A DNA stretch of 33,463 nt, from positions 1 through 33,463 of the forward strand of contig JBHGNT010000337.1 in the NCBI GenBank assembly GCA_043228905.1. The letters run 5' to 3'. The notes below the pieces were generated by a model, which saw only the letters and a list, made by a program, of their open reading frames with translations, was not told the origin of the DNA and did not search any database. The stretch's first letter is position 1. Each line of letters begins with the position of its first letter. Made by a program: the position numbers and the translations under genes. The stretch is from Azolla caroliniana. Taxonomy: Eukaryota; Plantae; Polypodiophyta. Below are positions 19,882-31,714 of the stretch, piece after piece.

Positions 19882-21469
19882 ATTGTTGACCAAAGTCACA
19901 TGTAGAGTGTACAAAGTTTATTAACTACTCTCAAATACAACCTCCATTAGCAAATGTGAATGTCATCAAGAGTGGATCACTAGAGTAAAGAGTGATACTT
20001 ATACCCACAAACTTCTTTTGGGCAAACAATGCATATTAGGTGTCTCTTATTTGAAAGAATGTGAGCTAAGTGGTTTGGAAGTAGTTGTGTAAATGACATG
20101 TAAGCCTATCTCATTACCAATGTAACCCCACTAAGAAAAGGTAACAAGTAGGAGAAAAATAATGATTATGATTAAAATCATTATCAAAATGTGAATGTAA
20201 TATTACCCCTAATATGAGATTTTATTTTATTTTATGTAGTCACAAATTCAATGTGGTCTATGCAAAGGAAGGAAAGTATTATAAAGTCGAGTCTCACAAA
20301 GATTGAGAATCCGAGCAATATGGATACAATATGAAAAAGATTGTGTTGCCACACCCTGTGGCACTAATTTTTATTCACTTCTTAGTTACCATATCTATTT
20401 CAAAAAGGATCTAAAGAGCTTGATTAAATCATAAATATATATTAGTGTTAGTAGTTCAAGAGTGTTTGACATCCACTCTTGCATGTCTCACACGATGCAA
20501 GGGTGAACTACGATCGAACCTTGTAACATTGCCTCAATAAGGAGATACAACTCTAACTAGCACACAAACACGTGCTTGATCCAACACACCGAGAGAGCGA
20601 CACTCATACATGTAATCATGAGTGGTTTGATTCAGTGTGTTGAATTATTTTATATGATGATTTTATTAAATGTGTAAGTTGTGGAATCACGCCCAAAATT
20701 ACATGTGATGGTTGGTTTGTGTGTTATTGTCGTCATTGGGTTCCTTAGCTCCTATGGAAATTTGAATGACTACATATGCTTGAGGCCTATCCCATTTCCA
20801 AATTTTTGTCAAAACTCAAACTTTATGAATAACTTAATTGTATAACATGTATACAAGCCAATGGAAAATGGGACAACTAAGGAATGAATGTGAAGACCCC
20901 ACTCTATGTCATAAATGTAGAGCTGAAAAAGTGTGGAGGAAACACAAAAAATCAACATTGCGTTCTCACTCTTTGGTATAGACGAGTGAACACGGGCGGT
21001 CTCATCCTCTCATCTAGGCGTTACATGAGAGAACTCAAATTATTCTCTCATGTATGCTCTACACAAAAGAATGACGTTCATTCTCTCATTGAGTACCAAC
21101 TTGAGAGAACTCGTACGTTAACTAATATAATGTTGAACAAGAGAAGTGCAAATAGTTATTTGCATGCCCAACATTAATGTTGGGGACCATGTGCACCCGC
21201 TTTTGCTCAAGATGGAGTTGTGACCTCCGACCTCTCCCCATTGGAATGTGAACGAGGGTTGAACCTAGACTATACATCGAGTATAGCTTTCCTATCCACC
21301 CTCCCTAGTTTTGTATGCACAAACATACACAGACATACACCATGAATTATTTCTAAAGTCCCCCTACTTTAAAAAACCCCCTCTTTTATATAATGTGTCT
21401 CCTTTCCATTCTACCCCTTTTGCTTTCCTCAAGTCACCCACCCATAAGTCCTAAAGTTCCTACCACATA

Positions 21470-21930
21470 AAGTCACATATGTATATACAAACACATGTAC
21501 TTAAAAGTATACTTGTTTAAACATAGAAGCACATACATTTGCACATTCACACTCACAAATTCACGACTACAAACACACATGTACACTTGCACCTACATAT
21601 ATCCTACTACATGAGAACACATACACCTTCCATCTTACACATACAAATGCACTGACATGAATACATCAAAATAGATACACGCTTTTGTATACACACACAT
21701 ACTTGCACATACACTTACCACCTACATATTCATGCACACGATTGAATATGCACACATATACATTTGAATACACAAACAAATCAATATTGAAACCTTATAA
21801 ATATGTAAACATTCAATCACACACATTTACATGCACACATATTTTTGCATTTTTCATACAACTCCACTTGCATACTAGAGTACAATCTTGCATGCTCACT
21901 TACACATGAGAATGTAAAACACACATGTCC
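21470..21930. repeat. CA/TA-rich low-complexity tract
   Basis: Degenerate ACACAT/CACATA repeats, strongly G-poor on the + strand. Confidence 0.7.
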
Positions 21931-21932
21931 AC

Positions 21933-24900
21933 ATGTTGCAGGCATCCCTTTTGGATAAAATGCCGCCTATCGAGAACATTTTGAGAATGGGCCTCAACTA
22001 TTACCATGTGATCTTAGAAGAAGGCCATAATGTGCAAGAGATTCTGGACCACAAATGGATTACACTGAAGTATGGCAAAGCCATGATTTTGGAATGGAGT
22101 CCAGACTTCGATGCAAAGGAAGAGAATAAAAAAGCAGGCACACCGATGGTCATTTCAGTATGCTTCCCAGACCTACCCTTCCAACTCCACCATTTGATCC
22201 CAAAGCTCGCACACAATATAGGGGTGGTATGTACAACGAAACCTTCATTTGCAGATAAGGTAGTAGAAATGCCCAAGATGAAGGTGTTGGTTAGTGACAT
22301 TAAAAAACTACCATCAGATATTAGAGTCCACACGAAGGACTTTGGCCTAAGGGTGGTGAAGGTTGGTTATGAAGGCATGCCGGGTCAATGCTTTGCATGT
22401 AAGGAGATGGGCCATATGGCCAAACACTGCCCCCGGTATGGGAATGCAAGAGCGGATAGGGGACAGCAAGACAACAAGTTGCTGGATATCCCAAATTCAG
22501 GGATGGCAAGCCACATGGTCCTGGTTCACAATGGGAAGCAAGTAGTAAAGGAAAAAGGATGGATATCGCTGAGGAAAGTGGCCAAGCCTGCCCTCCATGG
22601 TCTTATCGGCCCATCTAGAAGTGGAGGCTCCATTTCGAATAGATTTGACATCCTATCACAAATGGAACCCTAGGAAGGCAAAATAATTTTAGCAACTCCA
22701 TTTGATTTACTGCCACGAGTCGAGACCCACGAAACACTCGTAGAGCCCTCTGAGGGCCGTGGCAGTAGATCTTCATCAGACCTGAGAATGGTTAAGGCCT
22801 AGATCAGGAAAGGGAAGGACAAGGAAAGTGAAGAGGACATCAGGAATACTAAATCGCAAAAAATGATCGCACGGATTGAAGTTGGAAATCCCTCGTCTGT
22901 GGGTGTTGAGTTTGTTATGTTGCAAACATTGAGGATGCAAGATACGCAGGTACCCAAGATCGTGGTGAACATTGGTAATCCAAGGGGAAGAGTGCACGGG
23001 TGGACTAGAGCACACATGGTCCTCTTCAACAGCAACTCAGGTAGACCGGAGATTGGTTGTTCTTTTGACTTGGAGCCTGATTTGAAAGATGAAAGGGGAG
23101 AAGACTCGTCCTTGAAGTCGTTTTGTAACAGGGCAGCATTATGTCTCCAATACCTTACATTTGAAAATGAGGTTGTGGGGTTGCAAACATTATGGAAGAG
23201 CTCCCCGATACAAGGGGAGCTAATGGAACTTGCTCAAGATGTTCCAGTGGTTTGCATATGGAAGGTACAAGATCTAGGGCTGAAGCCTAGTTTGTTCCAC
23301 TTCTATTGTGCTGAAGTACCCAAGAATCAAGAATGGAAAATAATTATGGAGTGAGAATTATATATGGCGTATGGTAGAGACATATTTGTCGAGCATGGGA
23401 GACTCCCCCTTGGCTTTTTTTGTGAACCCAAGTCAATGAGAATTTGTTCTTGGAATGTGCAAGGACTTGGTGGGTCTCAACATTAGCTAGAGAAGCGTCG
23501 GTTTAGGAGAGAATGGGAAGTTGATGGCCTTGGTAAAACGATTGATATTTTGCTCTTACAAGAGCATCACCTTGGCCGAGAAAGAACGGAACTTTTTAAA
23601 GACCCGTTGCCAGGGGATTGGTACACATGGTGGGCTCCTGCTCACGACATGTTAGAAAGGAGAGGTGGAGTGTGTATTTCGGTGAGGAAATCATCGGATA
23701 TCACCACCTTGGATCATGGCATATTGATAGAAGGTAGGGCCATGTTCTACTACTTGGAATGGAGGAATGTAAAATTTGGGGTGCTGAATGTCTATGCATC
23801 TAACATTAGCAATGAGAGGACCTCATTTTGGAGACTGTTGGCAAACAAAATTCCCTCCTTCAACAATTGGATAGTGGCGGGGGATTTTAACATGACAGAG
23901 AGAATGGAAGATTGTCTTGGGGCTCATTCGAACTTGCTACAAGGGGAGGAGCTTAGAGTGTGGGGTTTCTTAATTTCTATGTTGGGAATCCGGGATTCAT
24001 GGTACTCTAGTATGGCGGTTGAGGTGAATTCCTTGAGGTTCTCATGATTTGGCTGGAAGGAGAGTGAAGGATGTCACTCTAGATTGGACCGCATCTATGT
24101 GAGCCCCGGGAAAGAGGAATGGGGTGGCTACTCATCCATTCTAGCTGGTTTTACATATTCGGATCACCTTCCAGTATCCTTGACTCTTGAACCTATTTAT
24201 AAGAAGAAGAGTGAGAGCAATTTAAGGATTCCTCCGAAGATTTTTGGTATCCAGAAGGTTAAGGATGCAATGAATACCATTTGGACGACATCCCCATCAG
24301 CCCACGACCCAATACAGGTATTGGAGGAAAAGATTATTAATTCTTCTTTGTTTCTTCAGAAAAGTGGCTAGGGAGGATCTGGTAAGGTGTCAATACCATC
24401 TACAATGCCTGAGGAAGGCAATCATCTCAACTCAAAAGCTCACGCAAGTGGACCCATGTTGTGCTTGGGTGAAAGACAGGTTGCAGGAGGCCACTAGGTT
24501 GTTGCAGGAGGTTAGACAACAACGTGAACAATTCCTCTTCAGAAAGTCGGCAACATGGTGGGCTGTCAAGGGTGATAAAGTTAACAGGGAGTTTTTTCTT
24601 ACCAAAACTCCGAAAAGGAGGGGAACACATATTCATAGTCTCAAACGGGAGGATGACTCAATGACATTTGATCAAGAGGAAATCTTGCAAATTGCGACTA
24701 ATTACTACAACGACCTTCTAGCTCCTACGTTGACAAATGACCCTCTGAGTAACCTGATGCATGATGTAATTACATGCTTGAAGACCAGGATCAGAGAGGC
24801 AGCTAAAGCGCAGTTGTCAAAAGCCATAGAGGAGGAAGAGATTGTAGTGGGGCTAGACAAGATACATAGTATGGCTTGTCCTAGTGCTGACAGCCTTCCC

Positions 24901-26696
24901 AAAGTCTTCTTCAAGGAGTTTTGGGAGAAATTTTTTCCAAGCTTGAAAGCTGGACTACAAGAGATGTGGAGAACGGGACGGATGCCGAGTAGCTTCAATG
25001 AAGGCTTGATCTACTTGATTCCGAAATCGGAGACTGCGTTGCACGAGATTAGACAATGGAGGCCCATTACAATTTTAAATCTAATTTATAAAAAATTTGC
25101 TAACATATTAGTGCAGATAATCAAGCCCTTCCTAGGAGATATCATCCAGTCCAATCAAACTGGTTTCATGGAGCATCGTTCTATTATGGACAACGTGATT
25201 TTGTTTTGGGAGGCTGTTGCAACGGCGAAGGAGACCAATCAAAACTTAGCCTGTCTGATGCTCGACTTCGAGAAAGCCTATGATCGAGTGCAATGGTCTT
25301 TCTTGGAAGAAGTGATGAAGGTCATTGAGCTACCTTTGGAGTGGAGGTGTGCTGCCCAAGCCTTATATAGGAATGGCTCGAGTAAGGTGTTGATTGCAAG
25401 GAGGAAAGGAGCTCGAATCTTTCTAACTCGATCCATCAGGCCCCCTTTCTTTTCCTTTTTATTACTAAAGCAATGTCTACCCTTTTTAACAATCAAGGGG
25501 CAAATCTTCATGGTCTTTCGATCCCTAATTCAAGGAAGTCCCTGCTGGACTCGGAGTTCGCGGACGATACGATGCTATACCTCCAAGGAAATGAAGTGAA
25601 TCTTGAGAGGGCACAGAGTGCTATTGAGCTCTTTTGCAAGGCATAGGGAGCGTCCATCAATTGGAAGAAGTCCAAGGGTTTTTGGATCAGCTTGGAGTCC
25701 GAGCCTGTTTGGAAGCCAAATGTTGAATTCAAATGGATTGCAAACGGGGAAGCCACTAGGTATCTGGGAACGTGGATTGGGGTAGATATCGACAAAGGAA
25801 TTCAGTTGCAACAAATTCAAACCAAAATCTGTGACAAAATTCGCAATTGGTCAGGGATGAACTTATCATTGGCTGGCAGGATCATAGTAGCTAACCATGT
25901 GCTCTTGTCTACGTTATGGCATGCAGTTTCAGTGTGGATGTTTGACAAGCAAGCTATTCGTAATGTTAAAGCGTGTATTAGGGGATTCCTTTGGGATGGG
26001 ATGAGGAAAGATAACGCGGCAGCAGAAGTATCATGGTCTATGTTGGTTCTTCCCAAGAGTAAGGGGGGTTTAGGATTGATTGACCCTGGGTTGCAGAGTC
26101 AGGCATTGTTATGTAAGGTATTGGTAAGGAGCTTGCTACCTGGTAACGAGTTATGGAAAACATTGATACATAATAGGAGCATTGTCTGGAGTCCAAGACT
26201 GGGTGGACATTGGAAGTCACACAAAGCGTGGCCTTTTTGTATGGCCTTAAAGTTGAGGAAATCTAACCGGTTGGCTGATCGTACTTGTATGTCAGTGATG
26301 CAGGCATGGAGTATGGTCTGTGGGCATCTAAGTCGGAATCGTCCAAGTACTAGTGCTGAATGAATGCGCCAACCCCTACTGTGGAACGAGATTGTACAAT
26401 CGCCAGAAGGAACGATGCTTGGACAAAGCAAGCACATGCCGTGGGCTACATTGTATTGTCTAGGGATACACTCGATGGCTGATTGGATGCGGCTGTCCGG
26501 CAATAATCGTGATCAATTATATGAAGACTTGGGAAAGGTCAGAAATGGCAAAAAGATGCTTGATGTAGTCAATACAGCTGTCTCCTCGCTTCCTATTGGT
26601 AATGAGGAAGAGGGTGAATGGTCCAGACAATGTGATGATACCAGAAAAATTATCAATGTCAAGGGTCTAGGAAAGAATGGGAAGACCGTCTAGATG
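21933..26696 (+). mobile_element. LINE-D, decayed L1-type LINE (5'-truncated ORF1, endonuclease, RT, post-RT), interrupted at 26697 by a copia LTR
   Basis: GYEGMPGQCFACKEMGHMAKHC knuckle; MRICSWNVQGLGG (ATG 23436), QEHH, GDFN, LDRIY, SDH; WRPITILN, DFEKAYD, FADD (~25557), GGLGLIDP, RQPLLWN. Several stops and frameshifts, and QGCPL is deleted near 25440. Confidence 0.92.
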
Positions 26697-27086
26697 TGTT
26701 GAGAATCAAGCTCAACTCGATCTAGTGTGTGAACTCACCTTGAGAGCGAAGAGACACTCCAACGGTCAAGAGTCACCATTATGTCACCACTTTGTATTCT
26801 AGCATTTAGTATAAGTCATAGAATCATATTCTATGACACATAACTTATGAGCTTTCACATTCCCCATGCTCCATGAGGCTTGTAGTTAATGAAGAGAGAG
26901 GGTGACTACATAAAGCACCCTCCTCCCACCTTGTATAATGTTGAGTCTTTCTCCTTTGTTAACATACTTAACCTTGTGTATACTCTCTCTCTCTCTCTAT
27001 CTCTATCTCATACACACACACACACACACACACACACAGTTCACACCTATTCCGCTTCACAAGAATCCATCTCTTGATTCTTTACA
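26697..27086 (+). repeat. 5' LTR of second copia (390 bp)
   Basis: Imperfect terminal inverted ends TGTTGAGAATCAAG / CTTGATTCTTTACA; internal (CT)n(CA)n microsatellite; directly followed by the PBS. Confidence 0.85.
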
Positions 27087-27097
27087 TGGTATCAGAG
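27087..27097 (+). promoter_or_regulatory. Primer-binding site, tRNA-iMet
   Basis: TGGTATCAGAG adjacent to the LTR-terminal CA. Confidence 0.9.
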
Positions 27098-27245
27098 TGA
27101 TTTGGTAGCTCGATCTAGCCCATTCGCCTCATCGTGATGATGTGTTGTGCTCTACGCCGACGACCAAGAACCGGCTCATAGCTATCATAGCTTCACTACA
27201 TAGCTCGCATTCGAAGAGAGAAGAAGAAGAAGAAGAATCAACATA

Positions 27246-30200
27246 ATGAATACTCAAATGGGGAGCACTCTCCCTACTGAGAAGTTGGATCGAAACAACT
27301 TCGCATCTTGGGAGTACAAGATGCACCAATACCTTGTCGGACAAGGTTATTGGAGCTACATCAAAGGAGCGCATGAAGACTGACCCGCCGAAGCGGCTCC
27401 TAGATACGTGACATGGGAGCAAGCCGCAAGCCACGTGATGTATTGTTTGGCGACATGTGTTCACGACCACATGCTCGGTTACATTCAAGAAGCCAAGACA
27501 CCGAAGGAAGCGTGGGAAAATCTACGAAAGATTTTTGCCGCCAACACAACCACGAGGAAGCTTCAACTCCGCCAAGAGTTGAACAACATTCAACAAAGGG
27601 ACATGTCCATCACGACATACACCTTGAAGATCAAGGAGCTTTGCGACTCACTCGGCTCAATAAGCGTAAGTATAGATGATGATGAGATGGTGCAAATATG
27701 CCTCGGCGGCCTCACACCACGGTTCGGCGCAATGCGAACCGCCGTTCTAGCACGGGAGAAATCTCCCTCCTTCTTCGAGCTCCAATCAATGCTATTGGTC
27801 AAAGAAAACCACGTGCGTACAAGGAGCAATGGGTCGGAAGGCCACATGCTCTACACGCACTCTAATGGAGGAAGAGGACGCGGACGAACGAGAGGCCGAT
27901 TCGGCCAAGGACAAGGCGGACGAGGTCCGACCTACGATAACAACTCCCAATTTCGGCCACAAAATGGACTCCAACGAGGAACCTTCGCAAGAAGGGGGAG
28001 CTTCCACTCCGGCCTGAGCTGTCAAAATGCAACCAAATGCGGATATTGCGAAAATCTCAGCCACCACGAAGAAGAGTGCCGAAAGAAGATGCGTGAATCG
28101 GCTTCCACAAGCCGACAACTCACGAATTACGCACACAACTCCGACTACGAAGATCGTGGATGTATGCACACAACTCCGACCGTGGCGGAATGTTCATGAT
28201 GAAACATAGAGCAAACTCTATGTCGGCCGCTACCTCAACTAGTGCCTCCGGTCGGGAAGACGTATGGTTCGTCGATTCCGGTGCCTCGAACCATATGACA
28301 TCGCATCAAGAATGGTTCCGAGAACTTCGAGAGCCGGACTGACCCGGCTATGTCGAAACCGGAGACGACACTACGCACCCGATTCGGCACATTGGCAATG
28401 TTCTGTTCGGAAAAGAAGGTAAGCAAAATTACATAAAAAATGTCTTGCATGTACCGACCATTACGAAGATTTTGGTCTCCGTCGGCCAAATTGTAGAGCA
28501 AGGGATGTAAGTTCGATTTAATCAAGGCGGTTCCTTCATAGAAAAAGAGGGCCGACTCATCGCACGCGGACGAAGAGAGGGCCGGATGTTCATTCTCGAT
28601 TCACGCGAGATGAAATCCACCATGTTCGCGAAAAACACGAAAGCCGACTCCGACATAGATCTATGGCAGAAGCGAATCGGCCACATCAATCTCAATAAAC
28701 TCAAAGCAATGAAATTGAAAGGAGTCGTCATCGGACTCCCGACATTCAAAGAGAAGGAGATTGAAGGTGTATGCGAAGCGTGCCAATTCGGCACGCAACA
28801 CCGACACCCATTCCCGAAAGAGCGGAACGTGAGCAAAGGTCTACTCGATGTAGTCCATTCCGACGTATGGGGACCGGCGCAGATGGCTACATTCAGCGGA
28901 TGCCGATATTACGTGCTCTTCATCGACGACTTCTCTAGGCACACTTGGATCTACCCGATGCGGCAAAAGAGCAAAGTGTTCGGACCTTTCCAAAATTTCA
29001 AGAATGAAGTCGAGAAAGCCACAGGCCGACATGTACGATGCCTTCGATCGGATGGTAGCAAGGAGTACTTCTTGGACGATTTCACAACGTATCTCCGAAA
29101 GGAAGGAATTCGACGAGAATTAACTTGCCGACACACTCCACAACAAAACAGAGTAGCCGAGCGCAAAAATCGGCACATCCTCGAAGTAGCATGGGCCATG
29201 ATGAACGAGAAGCATATGCCCAAGTCATACTGGGCCGAAGCTGCAAATACGATTGTCTACCTAATGAACCGGTGCACAACATCCGGCGTGCACGAGGTCA
29301 CTCCGCATGAAAAATACTTCGGAAAGAAGCTGGACTTATCGCACATCCGGATATTCGGCGCGATAGCGTACGTGCACATCCCCGACGAGAAGCGTCAAAA
29401 GCTTAACCCGAAGTCAGAGAAATGTATCCTCGTAGGATACTCATTGGAGCAAAAGGGGTACAAGTGCTACAACCCCTCAACTCGAAAATCTCGAGTAAGT
29501 CGAGACGTCGTTTTTGACGAGTCCGCATTCTGGTACGCACCAGAGACAACTCCGACTCCGACTCCGCTCGACCTGGAATTCGCCAAACAAGAGATCGAGG
29601 ATGAAGATCGCCCTACGCACATGATCGAAGAAAGTCTGATCATGACCCGACTGAGCGGACCACATGAGCCTTTGAGCGATCAAAGCACATCATGGCCTAG
29701 CCCGAAGATGGACAAAGGCAAGGCGAAAATGGTGGAATATGAAGACAATCGCTTCGACGACGATGAATCGACTCACTCACTCGACAGTGCGTTCGGCGGC
29801 TTCGATGTACCAATCGGAGCTAAGAAAGCCCTCATCTCTGCAAATGAAAAGCTCCGTCGATCCACTCGTGAAAAGAACCCCCTAAGCCGATTCAGCTACA
29901 ATGATTATATGGCGTACCATTACGCCTTTATGATGAAGGTAGCGACAGTACGGGAGCCGAAAACCTTTTCGGAAGCCGCGAAGGACCCGCGATGGATCGA
30001 AGCAATGAACGAAGAAATGTAGGCACTACGGAAGAACGAGACGTGGGATCTCATTCCCACCTCACCACACAAAAATGTGATCGAATGCAGATGGATCTAC
30101 AAGGTGAAGTATAACTCCGATGGCTCCGTAAACCGCTACAAAGCTCGACTCGTAGCGAAAGGATACGCTCAGACGCATGGCGTCGACTACGAAGAGACCT

Positions 30201-30914
30201 TTGCCCCGGTGGCAAAGATGACGACGGTAAGGACCGTAATTGCGATTGCCGCGGCGAAAGGGTGGCACCTCCATCAAATGGACTTCAAGAACGCCTTTCT
30301 ACAAGGCGAATTAGAAGAGGTGTACATGATCCAACCACCCGGCTTCAACTCGAGCACCCATCCGAAAGTTGTATGCCGACTCAAGAAGCCACTCTACGGT
30401 CTCAAGCAAGCACCGCGTGCTTGGCATTCGAAGATAACGCAATATCTTCATCAAATCGGCTTCCGTATGTCAAAATCGAACAACTCCCTCTACATACGAA
30501 GCGATTCCGCAAGTCCGATTGTCATCATTTTATATGTGGATGACCTAGTCATTGGAGGTGAGCATCTCGTCGAAATCAATAAAGTCAAATCCCTCCTTTC
30601 CGACAAGTTCGAGATGACAGACATGAAGGAGCTCCACTACTTCCTCGGCATGGAGGTAATTCAGACTCCGGCCGGAATCATGATCTCCCAACGACACTAC
30701 ATCCTCAACTTGTTATACAAGTTCGCGATGGCTGAGTGCAAATCCGTGGCAACCCCCCTCGATCGTAATCTCAAACTAGATGCGAACTCCGGCACCAAAG
30801 CGTGTGAGCCGACTTAGTATCGGCAACTCATCGAGAGTCTCATCTACCTCACAATCACACGATCCGATCTCAGTTATCCGGTCGGTCTCCTTAGCCAATT
30901 CATGCAAACACCGC
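27246..30914 (+). pseudogene. Disrupted copia gag-pol
   Basis: KLDRNNFASW, degenerate CGYC knuckle, WFVDSGAS, LWQKRIGH, HSDVWGP, AERKNRH, KARLVAKG, YVDD. In-frame stops near 27381, 28340, 28508, 30020 and 30815, and a frameshift near 28165. Confidence 0.92.
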
Positions 30915-31632
30915 TGTCGTCAAGATTTTCGTCCACGAGCGGAAACCCGAGCAACGAGAGCCAAAGAGCGATGTGCAACGTTGCACACGTACATAATGTA
31001 TTTGTAATAATAATAGGGGTAAAGGGTATGGTGCTAGAAATGCCCCATAAGATCCCTAAGGTATAAAGGCGATGTGGTCTTGTGCGCACATCCACGCGAG
31101 AGAGAGAGAGAGAGAGGTACTATGCGGTACATAGGTACCTAGTTGTTTGTGAGGAGGTGGGAGTTAAGGGGCCATCAATCTCACCCTTCCCCAAATCAAG
31201 GCAAATATCCCCTTTGAATGAAAGGGGATATTTTAGTCTCACTTTGTAAACGGTCTTCCCTCCTTGTGCTATAAAAGGAGAGGGAAGGCACCATTGTAAG
31301 GGTGGCCTATTTTGAGTGTGCGAGGTATACCACATAGGTCGAGCATTAGGGTTAGGGTTAGGGTTTCTTTATATTCATCTTCGTTGGTTAGGGTTTCGAG
31401 TAGTCGTTTGGTGCGGCCTATGCGGCCACCATTTTGTAATCGTTCATTTCGTTTTAATATATCTTGTTGATCATCTTGTCTCTATCTTCCTCTTCTTCGA
31501 TCTAATCTCTTGTTCATTCTTCTTCTTCTTGAGCAAAGCTTCCATTCCATGTCTGATTCCTTCTCCTCTACTCCTTAGTCCAAGACCCCCGTGGTCCCGC
31601 CCTTCTCCACGCACGCGCGTAGCAACGCGACA
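30915..31632 (+). repeat. 5' LTR of gypsy-like element (718 bp)
   Basis: TGTCG...CGACA inverted termini; TATA-like CTATAAAAGG near 31269; (GA)n tract; (TTAGGG)3. Confidence 0.78.
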
Positions 31633-31638
31633 TATATT

Positions 31639-31656
31639 TGGTGAACCCGACGTGAA
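31639..31656 (+). promoter_or_regulatory. Primer-binding site, tRNA-Trp(CCA)
   Basis: TGGTGAACCCGACGTGAA is the reverse complement of the 3' end of plant cytosolic tRNA-Trp (...TTCACGTCGGGTTCA-CCA, recalled from memory). Confidence 0.85.
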
Positions 31657-31714
31657 GAGGCGGCAAGGGAGGAAGGAGATAGAAGCCGGAGACATCGCGA
31701 AAGTAATTACGAAA

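Larger units (their letters stand above)
26697..30914 (+). mobile_element. Second Ty1/copia element, decayed, interrupted at 30915 by another LTR element
   Basis: 5' LTR, Met PBS, then gag-PR-INT-RT in copia order; breaks off at SQFMQTP at the end of RT. Confidence 0.93.

Noticed and set aside
19179-21909. Short ORFs in the AT-rich interval as host genes
   Set aside because: No domains, compositionally biased, and no convincing exon structure.
31316-31714. Hydrophobic N-terminal extension of the 349-aa ORF (envelope- or TM-like)
   Set aside because: It is read through the T-rich U5 part of the LTR and the PBS from a GTG; the plausible start is the ATG at 31715.
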